Shown here piece after piece: positions 1 through 7,296 of a stretch of DNA of 11,933 nt (within the stretch, counting starts at the first letter, position 1; every line of letters starts with the position of its first letter). The notes under the pieces are model-generated. The model saw only the letters and a program-made list of their open reading frames with translations, was not told the origin of the DNA and made no database searches. Source of the DNA: a virus; UHGV virus genome UHGV-0293518. One strand, given 5' to 3'. Both the position numbers and the translations under genes were made by a program.

Positions 1-362
1 CTTAACTGATATCCCTTTTAACGGATAAAGGTATTCAAGCCTGACACATCATGCGCTGTATCGTCGCCGTATTCCCGTATTAACAGAGACCGTAGCCCGA
101 CGGGGAACTCCTTCTGCGCGAGTGTGCGGGAATAATCAAAAACGATGCACACCGGGTTTTTACCGCGTTTATGGTTCGCGGGTTTGTCCCTCATGCTCGC
201 CAGTCCTGTGCGGGGGTGGAAGAAACAGGACACTTACACTGATTCTTGTGGGCACGATGCTATGCCTTTCTGGATTATCCCGATGCCATTCATGCAAGGC
301 GTTGTATCAGACGTTCGTCAGAGCTGTCAGGCTGACGGGTCCTCCCGGTGGGGTGGCCTGCC

Positions 363-383
363 ACGGGGCGGGAGCGTCGCGGA
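363..383. promoter_or_regulatory. Candidate cos site (cosN-like terminase nicking region)
   Basis: ACGGGGCGG...TCGCGG at 363-382 resembles the lambda cosN region (ACG-GGGCGGCGACCT-CGCGGG) as I recall it, with flanks matching and the centre diverged. It sits about 170-190 bp upstream of the small terminase start, the same geometry as lambda cosN to Nu1. Exact nick positions are not determinable from sequence. Confidence 0.4.
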
Positions 384-420
384 AAAAGGCTAGTTTTTGA
401 AATTTCATTCGTCATCACCA

Positions 421-457
421 CCACTGTAATAGATTGATATTACAGTGGTTTTATTTT
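421..457. repeat. Perfect 10-bp inverted repeat (CCACTGTAAT / ATTACAGTGG) with 8-nt loop, followed by a T-rich run; possible cosB-like terminase binding element or terminator
   Basis: Read directly: left arm 421-430, loop 431-438, right arm 439-448, then TTTTATTTTTATGG. Lies between the candidate cosN and the small terminase start. Confidence 0.5.
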
Positions 458-551
458 TATGGTGTCGATTTTGGTTGTTTTTTGTTCATCACTAACACCG
501 TTTGCCTAAAGTTGTTCGCGAGATGCATGTTTAAAACATTCTGGAGCGGGT

Positions 552-1046
552 ATGGATCGAGAGTTAAAAAATCTGACGCTGAATATCAGTCAACTGGCGG
601 CACTGTCAGGTGTACATCGCCAGACTGCTGCGGCAAGGCTGCAAAATCTACCCGTTGCAGGGGGGCATGAAAGCAACCTCAAGCTTTATCGGGTGGTTGA
701 TATTGTGTCGGCATTTCTGGCATTGCCACCGCCGGTTGCAGAAGGCGAAATGGACGCGCATGAGCGCAAAGCCTGGTATCAGTCTGAACGTGAGCGTCTT
801 AAGTTCGAACAGGAAACGGCACAACTCATTCCGGCCAGTGATGTCAGACGGGAGTTTGCCATCTGGGCAAAAGCGGTCGTGCAGGTGCTGGAGACATTAC
901 CGGATATTCTGGAACGTGACTGCGGTCTGCAGCCTGCCGCTGTGAGCCGTGTTCAGTCCATTATTGATGATCTGCGCGATCAGATAGCCCTGCGGGTGAC
1001 TGAAGCAGGTGCGGATGATGAGGAGGAATTACAGCAGGAGGAGTAA
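552..1046 (+). CDS. Terminase small subunit (DNA-packaging protein, not the lambda Nu1 sequence family)
   Basis: 164-aa ORF directly upstream of and overlapping (TAATG) the large terminase gene. GGAG lies 6-9 nt before the ATG. Has an N-terminal helix-turn-helix-like segment (LNISQLAALSGVHRQTAAARL) and an acidic C-terminal tail (DDEEELQQEE). Assignment is by position and architecture. Confidence 0.75.
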   Translation: MDRELKNLTLNISQLAALSGVHRQTAAARLQNLPVAGGHESNLKLYRVVDIVSAFLALPPPVAEGEMDAHERKAWYQSERERLKFEQETAQLIPASDVRREFAIWAKAVVQVLETLPDILERDCGLQPAAVSRVQSIIDDLRDQIALRVTEAGADDEEELQQEE

Positions 1047-3154
1047 TGCTGAATCAGGAAACCGCAAAGGCAGCACGAACCGATTCAGGTTATATCCTTC
1101 GCGCACCGAGACGAATGCGGGTTGCTGATGCCGTTGCTCAGTATATGCGGGTGCCCATGGGGGCAGGGAACTCAGTCCCGTGGGATCCGCTGGTGGCACC
1201 GTATGTTATTGAGCCGATGAACTGCCTGGCCTCGCGTGAATACGACGCAGTGATATTTGTTGGCCCGGCACGAACCGGCAAGACTATCGGCCTGATTGAC
1301 GGCTGGGTGATTTACAACGTGATTTGCGATCCTGCTGATATGCTGATTATTCAGATGACGGAGGAAAAAGCCCGCGAACACTCCAAAAAACGACTCGCCA
1401 GAACGTTTCGCGTCAGCCCGGAAGTGGTCAGTCGCCTGAGTCCGAACAAAAATGACAACAACGTTTATGACAGAACATTCCTTGCTGGTAACTACCTGAA
1501 AATCGGCTGGCCGTCAGTCAATATCATGTCCTCATCAGATTATAAATGCGTCGCGCTGACGGATTATGACCGTTTTCCGGAAGATATTGATGGCGAGGGG
1601 GATGCTTTCTCTCTTGCCTCAAAACGTACCACAACATTTATGTCCAGTGGTATGACGCTGGTGGAGAGTTCCCCCGGCAGAGATGTGAAGGATGTGAAAT
1701 GGCGACGGACTTCACCGCATGAGGCTCCACCAACCACGGGGATACTGTCGCTCTATAACCGTGGCGATCGCCGTCGCTGGTACTGGCCCTGTCCACACTG
1801 TGGTGAGTATTTTCAGCCCTGCGGCGATGTGGTTGCTGGTTTCCGTGATATTGCCGATCCCGTGCTGGCAAGTGAGGCGGCTTATATTCAGTGTCCTTCC
1901 TGTTCAGGACGGATTATGCCTGAACAAAAACGTGAGCTGAACGGACGTGGGGTCTGGTTGCGGGATGGTGAATCCATCAATGCGGATGGCAGTCGTTATG
2001 GTGATCCCCGACGCTCACGTATTGCGTCATTCTGGATGGAGGGTCCGGCAGCTGCTTACCAGACACTCTCGCAACTCGTTTACAAACTGCTTACTGCAGA
2101 ACAGGAATACGAGACAACCGGAAGTGAAGAAACACTCAAGACGGTTATCAATACCGACTGGGGATTACCTTATCTTCCCCGCGCCAGCATGGAGCAACGA
2201 AAAAGTGAACTGCTTGAGCAGCGGGCAGAGCCAGTTCCTTCCCGCAGTGTGCCGGATGGCGTTAATTTTCTTGTGGCGACAGTGGATGTGCAGGCGGGAC
2301 GTCATCGCCGTTTTGTGGTTCAGGTAACGGGCTATGGCAGCCGTGGCGAACGCTGGATTATTGATCGTTACAACATCACGCAGTCATTGCGCGGTGACAG
2401 CGACGGGGAGAGCCAGCGAATTGATCCGGCCAGCTATCCGGAAGACTGGGATGTCCTGCTGACGGATGTTTTTCATAAAAGCTGGCCGCTGGCCTCCGAT
2501 CCTTCTCAACAAATGCGACTGATGGCAATGGCGGTGGACTCCGGCGGTGAAGACGGGGTCACTGATAATGCCTATAAATTCTGGCGTCGTTGCCGTCGTG
2601 ATGGCCTTGGTAAACGTATTTACCTGTTTAAGGGCGACAGCATCCGGCGCGCAAAACTGATCACCCGTACATTCCCTGATAACACCGGACGAACGGGCCG
2701 ACGGGCGCAGGCCGCAGGTGATGTGCCGCTCTGGCTTCTTCAGACGGATGCACTGAAAGACCGGGTGAATAACGCGTTATGGCGTGACTCGCCAGGTCCC
2801 GGCTATGTGCATTTCCCTGACTGGCTGGGGAGCTGGTTTTACGACGAACTGACGTATGAAGAGCGGAGCAGTGACGGGAAATGGAGTAAGCCGGGTCGCG
2901 GTGCCAACGAAGCTTTTGACCTGATGGTGTATGCCGAGGCTCTGGTCATTCTGCATGGATACGAAAAGATCCGCTGGCCGGATGCACCGGAGTGGGCGAG
3001 CCGGGAAACCTGGCTGGAGTGTGTCCCGGACAGTATCGAACCGTCACCCTCACCCTCACCGGAACCGGTATCCACGCCTGTTAAAAAACAAAAACGGAAG
3101 AAAACAGTAACTGACGATGTTAACCCCTGGCTGACTTCCGGAGGATGGTTATGA
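1046..3154 (+). CDS. A: Terminase large subunit, gpA family
   Basis: 702-aa ORF. Walker A P-loop GPARTGKT at 1262-1285. CPHC...CPSC zinc-ribbon-like motif at 1790-1906, analogous to lambda gpA CPHC. Start overlaps the small terminase stop and the stop overlaps the next gene start (ATGA). Confidence 0.9.
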   Translation: MLNQETAKAARTDSGYILRAPRRMRVADAVAQYMRVPMGAGNSVPWDPLVAPYVIEPMNCLASREYDAVIFVGPARTGKTIGLIDGWVIYNVICDPADMLIIQMTEEKAREHSKKRLARTFRVSPEVVSRLSPNKNDNNVYDRTFLAGNYLKIGWPSVNIMSSSDYKCVALTDYDRFPEDIDGEGDAFSLASKRTTTFMSSGMTLVESSPGRDVKDVKWRRTSPHEAPPTTGILSLYNRGDRRRWYWPCPHCGEYFQPCGDVVAGFRDIADPVLASEAAYIQCPSCSGRIMPEQKRELNGRGVWLRDGESINADGSRYGDPRRSRIASFWMEGPAAAYQTLSQLVYKLLTAEQEYETTGSEETLKTVINTDWGLPYLPRASMEQRKSELLEQRAEPVPSRSVPDGVNFLVATVDVQAGRHRRFVVQVTGYGSRGERWIIDRYNITQSLRGDSDGESQRIDPASYPEDWDVLLTDVFHKSWPLASDPSQQMRLMAMAVDSGGEDGVTDNAYKFWRRCRRDGLGKRIYLFKGDSIRRAKLITRTFPDNTGRTGRRAQAAGDVPLWLLQTDALKDRVNNALWRDSPGPGYVHFPDWLGSWFYDELTYEERSSDGKWSKPGRGANEAFDLMVYAEALVILHGYEKIRWPDAPEWASRETWLECVPDSIEPSPSPSPEPVSTPVKKQKRKKTVTDDVNPWLTSGGWL

Positions 3155-3363
3155 ACCAGAATGATATCGAAGCCATGATTCAGCGTTATACGGAAGCTGA
3201 AATGGCGGTGCTGGACGGAAAATCCGTCACCTTTAATGGTCAGCAGATGACCATGGAAAACTTATCTGAGATCCGGCAGGGACGGCAGGAGTGGGAGCGC
3301 CGCCTTGCGGCTCTGATTACACGACGACGGGGGCATCCCGGGTACCGGCTGGCGAGGTTCTGA
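3151..3363 (+). CDS. W: Head-tail joining protein, gpW-like
   Basis: About 70 aa, immediately after the large terminase as in lambda. C-terminus ITRRRGHPGY resembles the lambda gpW C-terminus (RRRGPAGFYV) as I recall it. Start at 3151 is preferred over 3145 because GGAGG at 3140-3144 is then 6 nt upstream. Confidence 0.7.
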   Translation: MNQNDIEAMIQRYTEAEMAVLDGKSVTFNGQQMTMENLSEIRQGRQEWERRLAALITRRRGHPGYRLARF

Positions 3364-4871
3364 TGGCAATTCTTGATGATGTGATTGGCGTTTTTTCACC
3401 AGGATGGAAAGCGGCAAGGCTGCGTTCCCGTGCGGTGATCCAGGCTTATGAGGCCGTAAAAACGACGCGGACACACAAAGCCCGGCGGGAGAACCGAACT
3501 GCCGACCAGTTAAGCCAGTACGGGGCCGTGTCGTTACGTGAGCAGGCCCGTTACCTTGATAACAACCACGATCTGGTTATTGGTGTATTTGACAAGCTGG
3601 AAGAACGGGTGGTGGGGAAAAACGGGATTATTGTCGAGCCACATCCGGTATTACGCAATGGGGCCATTGCCCGTGATCTGGCAGCGGAGATTCGCACCCG
3701 ATGGAGTGAATGGTCTGTCAGCCCGGAAGTCACCGGGCAGTTTACCCGTCCGATGCTGGAACGTCTGATGCTGCGTACCTGGCTGCGCGATGGTGAGGTG
3801 TTTGCCCAGATGGTTTCCGGGCGCATAAACAGCCTGACGCCTTCTGCCGGTGTTCATTTCTGGCTGGAGGCGCTCGAGCCGGACTTTATTCCCATGACCA
3901 GTGATGAGAGCAACAGGCTGAATCAGGGCGTGTTTGTTGATGACTGGGGGCGTCCCGAAAAATATCTGGTGTATAAAAGCCGTCCCGTATCCGGACGGCA
4001 GATGGAAACCAAAGAAGTGGATGCAGAGCGAATGCTGCATCTTAAATTTGTTCGCCGTCTGCACCAGATGCGCGGGACGTCTTTGTTGTCCGGTGTGCTG
4101 ATCCGCCTCAGTGCCCTGAAAGATTATGAAGATTATGAGCTGACTGCAGCAAGGATCGCCGCTGCTCTGGGGATGTACATCCGCAAAGGCGACGGGCAGA
4201 GCTATGAACCGGATGGTAATGGCAGCAAGGATAAGGAACGCGAGCTTACCATTCAGCCAGGCATTATTTACGATGATCTGAAACCCGGCGAAGAAATCGG
4301 AATGGTGAAGTCGGATCGCCCCAATCCTAACCTTGAAACTTTTCGTAATGGTCAGTTGCGTGCCGTGGCGGCGGGCAGTCGTCTGAGTTTTTCCAGTACA
4401 GCGCGCAACTATAACGGCACTTACAGCGCCCAGCGTCAGGAGCTGGTTGAATCTACTGATGGCTACCTGATCCTGCAGGACTGGTTTATTGGTGCCGTCA
4501 CCCGCCCGATGTATCGTGCATGGCTGAAACAGGCTGTGGCATCCGGTGTTATCAGGCTACCCCGCGATCTTGACCGTTCTTCACTGTATACCGCGGTGTA
4601 TTCCGGACCAGTGATGCCGTGGATTGACCCTGTTAAGGAGGCTGAGGCCTGGAAAATCCAGATTCGTGGTGGAGCGGCGACAGAATCAGACTGGGTACGT
4701 GCTGGTGGTCGTAATCCGGATGATGTCAAACGTCGGCGCAAGGCCGAAATTGATGAAAACCGCAAGCTGGATCTGGTATTTGATACCGATCCGGCCAGTG
4801 ATAAAGGAGGCAGTAGTGCCGCAACGAAACGACAGGAGCCGCAGCACACCGACGACCAGTCCGAAGATTAA
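3363..4871 (+). CDS. B: Portal protein, lambda gpB-like
   Basis: 502-aa ORF in the portal position after W. Start taken at ATG 3363 (MAILDDVIG...), which overlaps the W stop as TGATG and has GAGG upstream. The ORF-track start at 3291 is an in-frame upstream ATG inside W. Confidence 0.85.
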   Translation: MAILDDVIGVFSPGWKAARLRSRAVIQAYEAVKTTRTHKARRENRTADQLSQYGAVSLREQARYLDNNHDLVIGVFDKLEERVVGKNGIIVEPHPVLRNGAIARDLAAEIRTRWSEWSVSPEVTGQFTRPMLERLMLRTWLRDGEVFAQMVSGRINSLTPSAGVHFWLEALEPDFIPMTSDESNRLNQGVFVDDWGRPEKYLVYKSRPVSGRQMETKEVDAERMLHLKFVRRLHQMRGTSLLSGVLIRLSALKDYEDYELTAARIAAALGMYIRKGDGQSYEPDGNGSKDKERELTIQPGIIYDDLKPGEEIGMVKSDRPNPNLETFRNGQLRAVAAGSRLSFSSTARNYNGTYSAQRQELVESTDGYLILQDWFIGAVTRPMYRAWLKQAVASGVIRLPRDLDRSSLYTAVYSGPVMPWIDPVKEAEAWKIQIRGGAATESDWVRAGGRNPDDVKRRRKAEIDENRKLDLVFDTDPASDKGGSSAATKRQEPQHTDDQSED

Positions 4872-4884
4872 TTCCTGGTTCAGG

Positions 4885-5697
4885 ATGCAGGCTGGTCACC
4901 AGAGTGACGCGGATATTTATATTTATGACGAGATTGGTTTCTGGGGTGTTACAGCGAAGCAGTTTATCAGTGATCTGAATGCACTGGGCGATATCACCCA
5001 CATTAATCTCCATATCAATTCACCGGGTGGCGATGTCTTTGAAGGCATCGCCATTTTTAATGCGCTGAAAACACATGGTGCGTCCATTACCGTTTATGTC
5101 GACGGTGTGGCGGCGTCAATGGCGTCGGTCATTGCGATGGTGGGAAATCTGAACAGCCTTGATACCCGTATGGTGCCACAGGCCAGCGCATGGGCGATAA
5201 ACCGTGTGGCACAGAAAGCGGTCTCGGTTGCCACCCGGCAGGTTGCCGGGAATACCGTTGCGGGAGATAACCAGGTGAAAGGGATACCCCTGAAACTGGT
5301 ACGTCAGCGTGTCCGGGTGTTTAAAGCCAGTCCGTCAGGAAAAATGACGGCCAGGATCCGCGTTAACCGGGGCAATCTGCCTGCCATTAAGCTGGGGACC
5401 GCCCGGGTCAGACTGACCCGGCGTGGTGGAAAACTGCAGTACCGTGGCAGCGTGCTGAAGGTGGGTAAATATCTTTTCCGGGATGCGTTTATTCAGCAAC
5501 TGGCGAATGGTCGCTGGCATGTGATGCGGCGTATTGATGGCAAAAATCGTTACCCCATTGATGTGGTGAAAATCCCTCTGTCCGGACCGCTGACACAGGC
5601 ATTTGAAGATGCCCGCGACCGCATCATTGCTGCGGAAATGCCGAAACAGCTGGGGTATGCACTGAAACAACAACTGAGGTTATGGCTGACCCGATGA
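4885..5697 (+). CDS. Chimeric ORF: N-terminal fragment of ClpP-like prohead protease fused in frame to a gpZ-like tail completion protein (deletion remnant, probably non-functional as a protease)
   Basis: Residues 1-87 carry ClpP/S14-type prohead protease motifs (IYIYDEIG, INSPGGDVFEGIAIFNAL, GVAASMASVIAMVG). From about nt 5146 the sequence (NLNSLDTRMVPQASAWAINRV ... RIRVNRGNLPAIKLGTARV ... QQLANGRWHVMRRIDGKNRYPIDVVKIP ... LGYALKQQLRLW) follows lambda gpZ as I recall it. Ends with ATGA overlap onto U, as Z/U do in lambda. Start chosen at ATG 4885 just after the portal stop. Confidence 0.65.
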   Translation: MQAGHQSDADIYIYDEIGFWGVTAKQFISDLNALGDITHINLHINSPGGDVFEGIAIFNALKTHGASITVYVDGVAASMASVIAMVGNLNSLDTRMVPQASAWAINRVAQKAVSVATRQVAGNTVAGDNQVKGIPLKLVRQRVRVFKASPSGKMTARIRVNRGNLPAIKLGTARVRLTRRGGKLQYRGSVLKVGKYLFRDAFIQQLANGRWHVMRRIDGKNRYPIDVVKIPLSGPLTQAFEDARDRIIAAEMPKQLGYALKQQLRLWLTR

Positions 5698-6095
5698 ACC
5701 GACATACACAAATCCGCCAGGTCGTACTGGCACGCCTTCGGGAACAGTGTGGAGACAGCGCCACGTTTTTTGACGGGCTTCCGGCATTTGTTGATGCGCA
5801 GGAACTGCCTGCCGTGGCGGTGTGGCTGAGTGATGCTCAGTACACCGGAAAAATGACGGATGAAGATGACTGGCAGGCTGTTCTGCATATTGCTGTCTTC
5901 ATCCGGGCACAGGCACCGGATTCAGAGCTGGATATGTGGATGGAGAGCACCATTTTCCCGGCCCTGAATGATGTACCGGCACTTTCCGGACTCATCGACA
6001 CCCTGATCCCACTCGGTTTTAACTATCAACGTGATAATGAGATGGCCACCTGGGCGATGGCGGAAATCACGTACCAGATCACGTACACGAATTAA
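5694..6095 (+). CDS. U: Tail tube terminator protein, lambda gpU-like
   Basis: Strong similarity to lambda gpU as recalled (ATFFDG, ELPAVAV, DWQAVLHIAVF, DSELDMWMES, ALSGLI, ITYQITY). Start at ATG 5694 overlaps the preceding stop and matches the lambda N-terminus (MNRHTQIRQVVL vs MKHTELRAAVL). An alternative upstream ATG exists at 5682. Confidence 0.85.
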   Translation: MNRHTQIRQVVLARLREQCGDSATFFDGLPAFVDAQELPAVAVWLSDAQYTGKMTDEDDWQAVLHIAVFIRAQAPDSELDMWMESTIFPALNDVPALSGLIDTLIPLGFNYQRDNEMATWAMAEITYQITYTN

Positions 6096-6105
6096 GGAGG
6101 TGGCA

Positions 6106-6849
6106 ATGACCACACCAAATCCACTGGCAAAAACGAAAGGTGCGGGAACGACGTTCTGGATGTACACCGGCAAGGGCGATGCGTTTGCGAACCCTTTATC
6201 GGACACTGACTGGCTGCGTCTTGCGATGGTGAAGGATCTGCAGCCTGGCGAAATGACCGCTGATGCAGAAGATGACACTTATCTCGATGATGAAGATGCA
6301 GACTGGAAAACGACAACCCAGGGGCAGAAATCCGTCGGTGATACTTCGGCGACGCTGGCCTGGCGTCCGGGTGACAGCGGGCAGAAAAAACTGGTTCAGT
6401 TGTTCGACTCCGGTGAAGTCTGCGCGTTTCGTATCAAATATCCCAACGGTACTGTTGATGTTTTCCGTGGCTGGCTGAGTTCACTGGGTAAAACCATTGC
6501 CTCAAAAGACGTGATGACCCGCACAGTGAAAATCAGCGGTGTGGGGCGTCCGTATCTGGCAGAAGAAGGCACTGAAACCGTGGGCGTTACCGGGCTGACG
6601 GTGGCACCGGCATCTGCCAGTGTAAAAGTGGGAGCAACCACCACGCTGACCTTTACAGTAAAACCTGACGGAGCCAGTGACAAAGCGATCAGTGTGCATT
6701 CGACAGATCCACAGACTGCCACGGTGACCCTGAACGGGCTTGTGGCCACGGTGAAAGGCGTGAAGCAGGGCAGTGTCAGCATTGTGGGCATGACTTCTGA
6801 CGGCGATTTTGTGGCAGTGGCTACGGTGGCTGTCAGCGCCGCAGGTTAA
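6106..6849 (+). CDS. V: Major tail tube protein, lambda gpV-like, with C-terminal Ig-like (Big_2-type) domain
   Basis: N-terminal region is close to lambda gpV as recalled (KGAGTT, ANPLSD, YLDDEDADW, QGQKS, GDTS, TLAW, PNGTVDVFRGW, RTVK, VGRP). The C-terminal ~90 aa are Thr/Val/Ser-rich, typical of the Ig-like decoration domain. AGGAGG lies 6 nt before ATG 6106. Confidence 0.9.
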   Translation: MTTPNPLAKTKGAGTTFWMYTGKGDAFANPLSDTDWLRLAMVKDLQPGEMTADAEDDTYLDDEDADWKTTTQGQKSVGDTSATLAWRPGDSGQKKLVQLFDSGEVCAFRIKYPNGTVDVFRGWLSSLGKTIASKDVMTRTVKISGVGRPYLAEEGTETVGVTGLTVAPASASVKVGATTTLTFTVKPDGASDKAISVHSTDPQTATVTLNGLVATVKGVKQGSVSIVGMTSDGDFVAVATVAVSAAG

Positions 6850-6869
6850 CAGGACGATACTCATCATTT

Positions 6870-6893
6870 GCCCCGATTATCCGGGGCTTTTTT
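6870..6893 (+). terminator. Intrinsic-terminator-like hairpin between V and G (GCCCCG-ATTATC-CGGGGC followed by TTTTTT)
   Basis: Read directly: 6-bp GC-rich stem 6870-6875 / 6882-6887, 6-nt loop, U-run 6888-6893, about 20 nt after the V stop. Could attenuate transcription after the abundant major tail protein. Confidence 0.5.
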
Positions 6894-6906
6894 GCAGGTG
6901 GAGAAC

Positions 6907-7296
6907 ATGATGTTTCTGAAACAGGGCACGTTTAATTATGAAAAGCAGTCCGTGGTGCTCAGTGAGCTGTCCGGGCTGCAGAGAATTGAATATCTGGCGT
7001 TTGTTCAGCAGCGAACGGCAAAGTTTGATGCCGAAGAGGGAGAACTGCCGGAGGCTGAACGACAGATTGCTTTTCTGCGGATGGGGATGGATATCAATGC
7101 CTGGCTGGTTTCCCGCTCACTGTGGAATGCGGATCAGTCTAAGGATGTAGAGACGCTTTGCGCATCCGTTATTACAACATGGTCGTATGATGCCCTGGGT
7201 GCGGGGGCGGAGATGGTTCTGTCGCTGAGCGGTATGGGGACCATTGATAATGCCGGGGATGATGAGCATGAGGCGCTGACGCCGGAAAAGTCCTGA
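6907..7296 (+). CDS. G: Tail assembly chaperone, lambda gpG-like
   Basis: MFLK...LSELSGLQRIEYLAF...TTW...LSGM parallels lambda gpG as recalled. Start at ATG 6907 (or 6910) has a GGTGGAG Shine-Dalgarno upstream. The ORF-track start at 6868 lies inside the terminator hairpin and is unlikely. Confidence 0.85.
   Translation: MMFLKQGTFNYEKQSVVLSELSGLQRIEYLAFVQQRTAKFDAEEGELPEAERQIAFLRMGMDINAWLVSRSLWNADQSKDVETLCASVITTWSYDALGAGAEMVLSLSGMGTIDNAGDDEHEALTPEKS
7284..7290 (+). promoter_or_regulatory. Candidate -1 programmed ribosomal frameshift site for G-T fusion (GGAAAAG)
   Basis: The T reading frame is -1 relative to G and is open only from 7272. G stops at 7294-7296, so the shift must occur within 7272-7293. 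The only slippery-like sequence there is G GAA AAG (the lambda site is G GGA AAG), where the A-site Lys codon AAG can re-pair with AAA. Confidence 0.5.

Noticed and set aside
434-945. Plus-strand ORFs 434-670 and 610-945 overlapping the small terminase gene
   Set aside because: These are alternative frames across the cos-proximal region and small terminase gene. The 552-1046 frame has the ribosome binding site, helix-turn-helix-like N-terminus and coupling to the large terminase.
1172-2327. Internal and antisense ORFs inside the large terminase (1172-1381 minus, 1638-1871 minus, 1719-1940 plus, 1947-2327 plus)
   Set aside because: They are nested within the 702-aa gpA-family ORF, whose frame carries the Walker A and zinc-ribbon motifs.
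3291-3362. Upstream in-frame ATG giving a longer portal ORF (ORF-track start 3291)
   Set aside because: The extension lies entirely inside the W coding region in another frame. ATG 3363 overlaps the W stop (TGATG) with GAGG upstream and gives an N-terminus typical of portal proteins.
3551-5013. Antisense and alternate-frame ORFs inside the portal gene (3538-3768, 3551-3826, 3651-4064, 4463-4849, 4726-5013) and the 4624 start of the fusion ORF
   Set aside because: They overlap the portal coding frame. The 4624-4884 extension of the fusion ORF overlaps the portal 3' end in another frame, so ATG 4885 after the portal stop is preferred.
6031-6105. Upstream in-frame ATG for V (ORF-track start 6031)
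   Set aside because: It overlaps the 3' end of U. ATG 6106 has an AGGAGG Shine-Dalgarno and gives the conserved gpV N-terminus.
6868-6906. ORF-track start of G at 6868
   Set aside because: It runs through the terminator-like hairpin. The lambda gpG N-terminus (MFLK) corresponds to ATG 6907/6910, which has a ribosome binding site.
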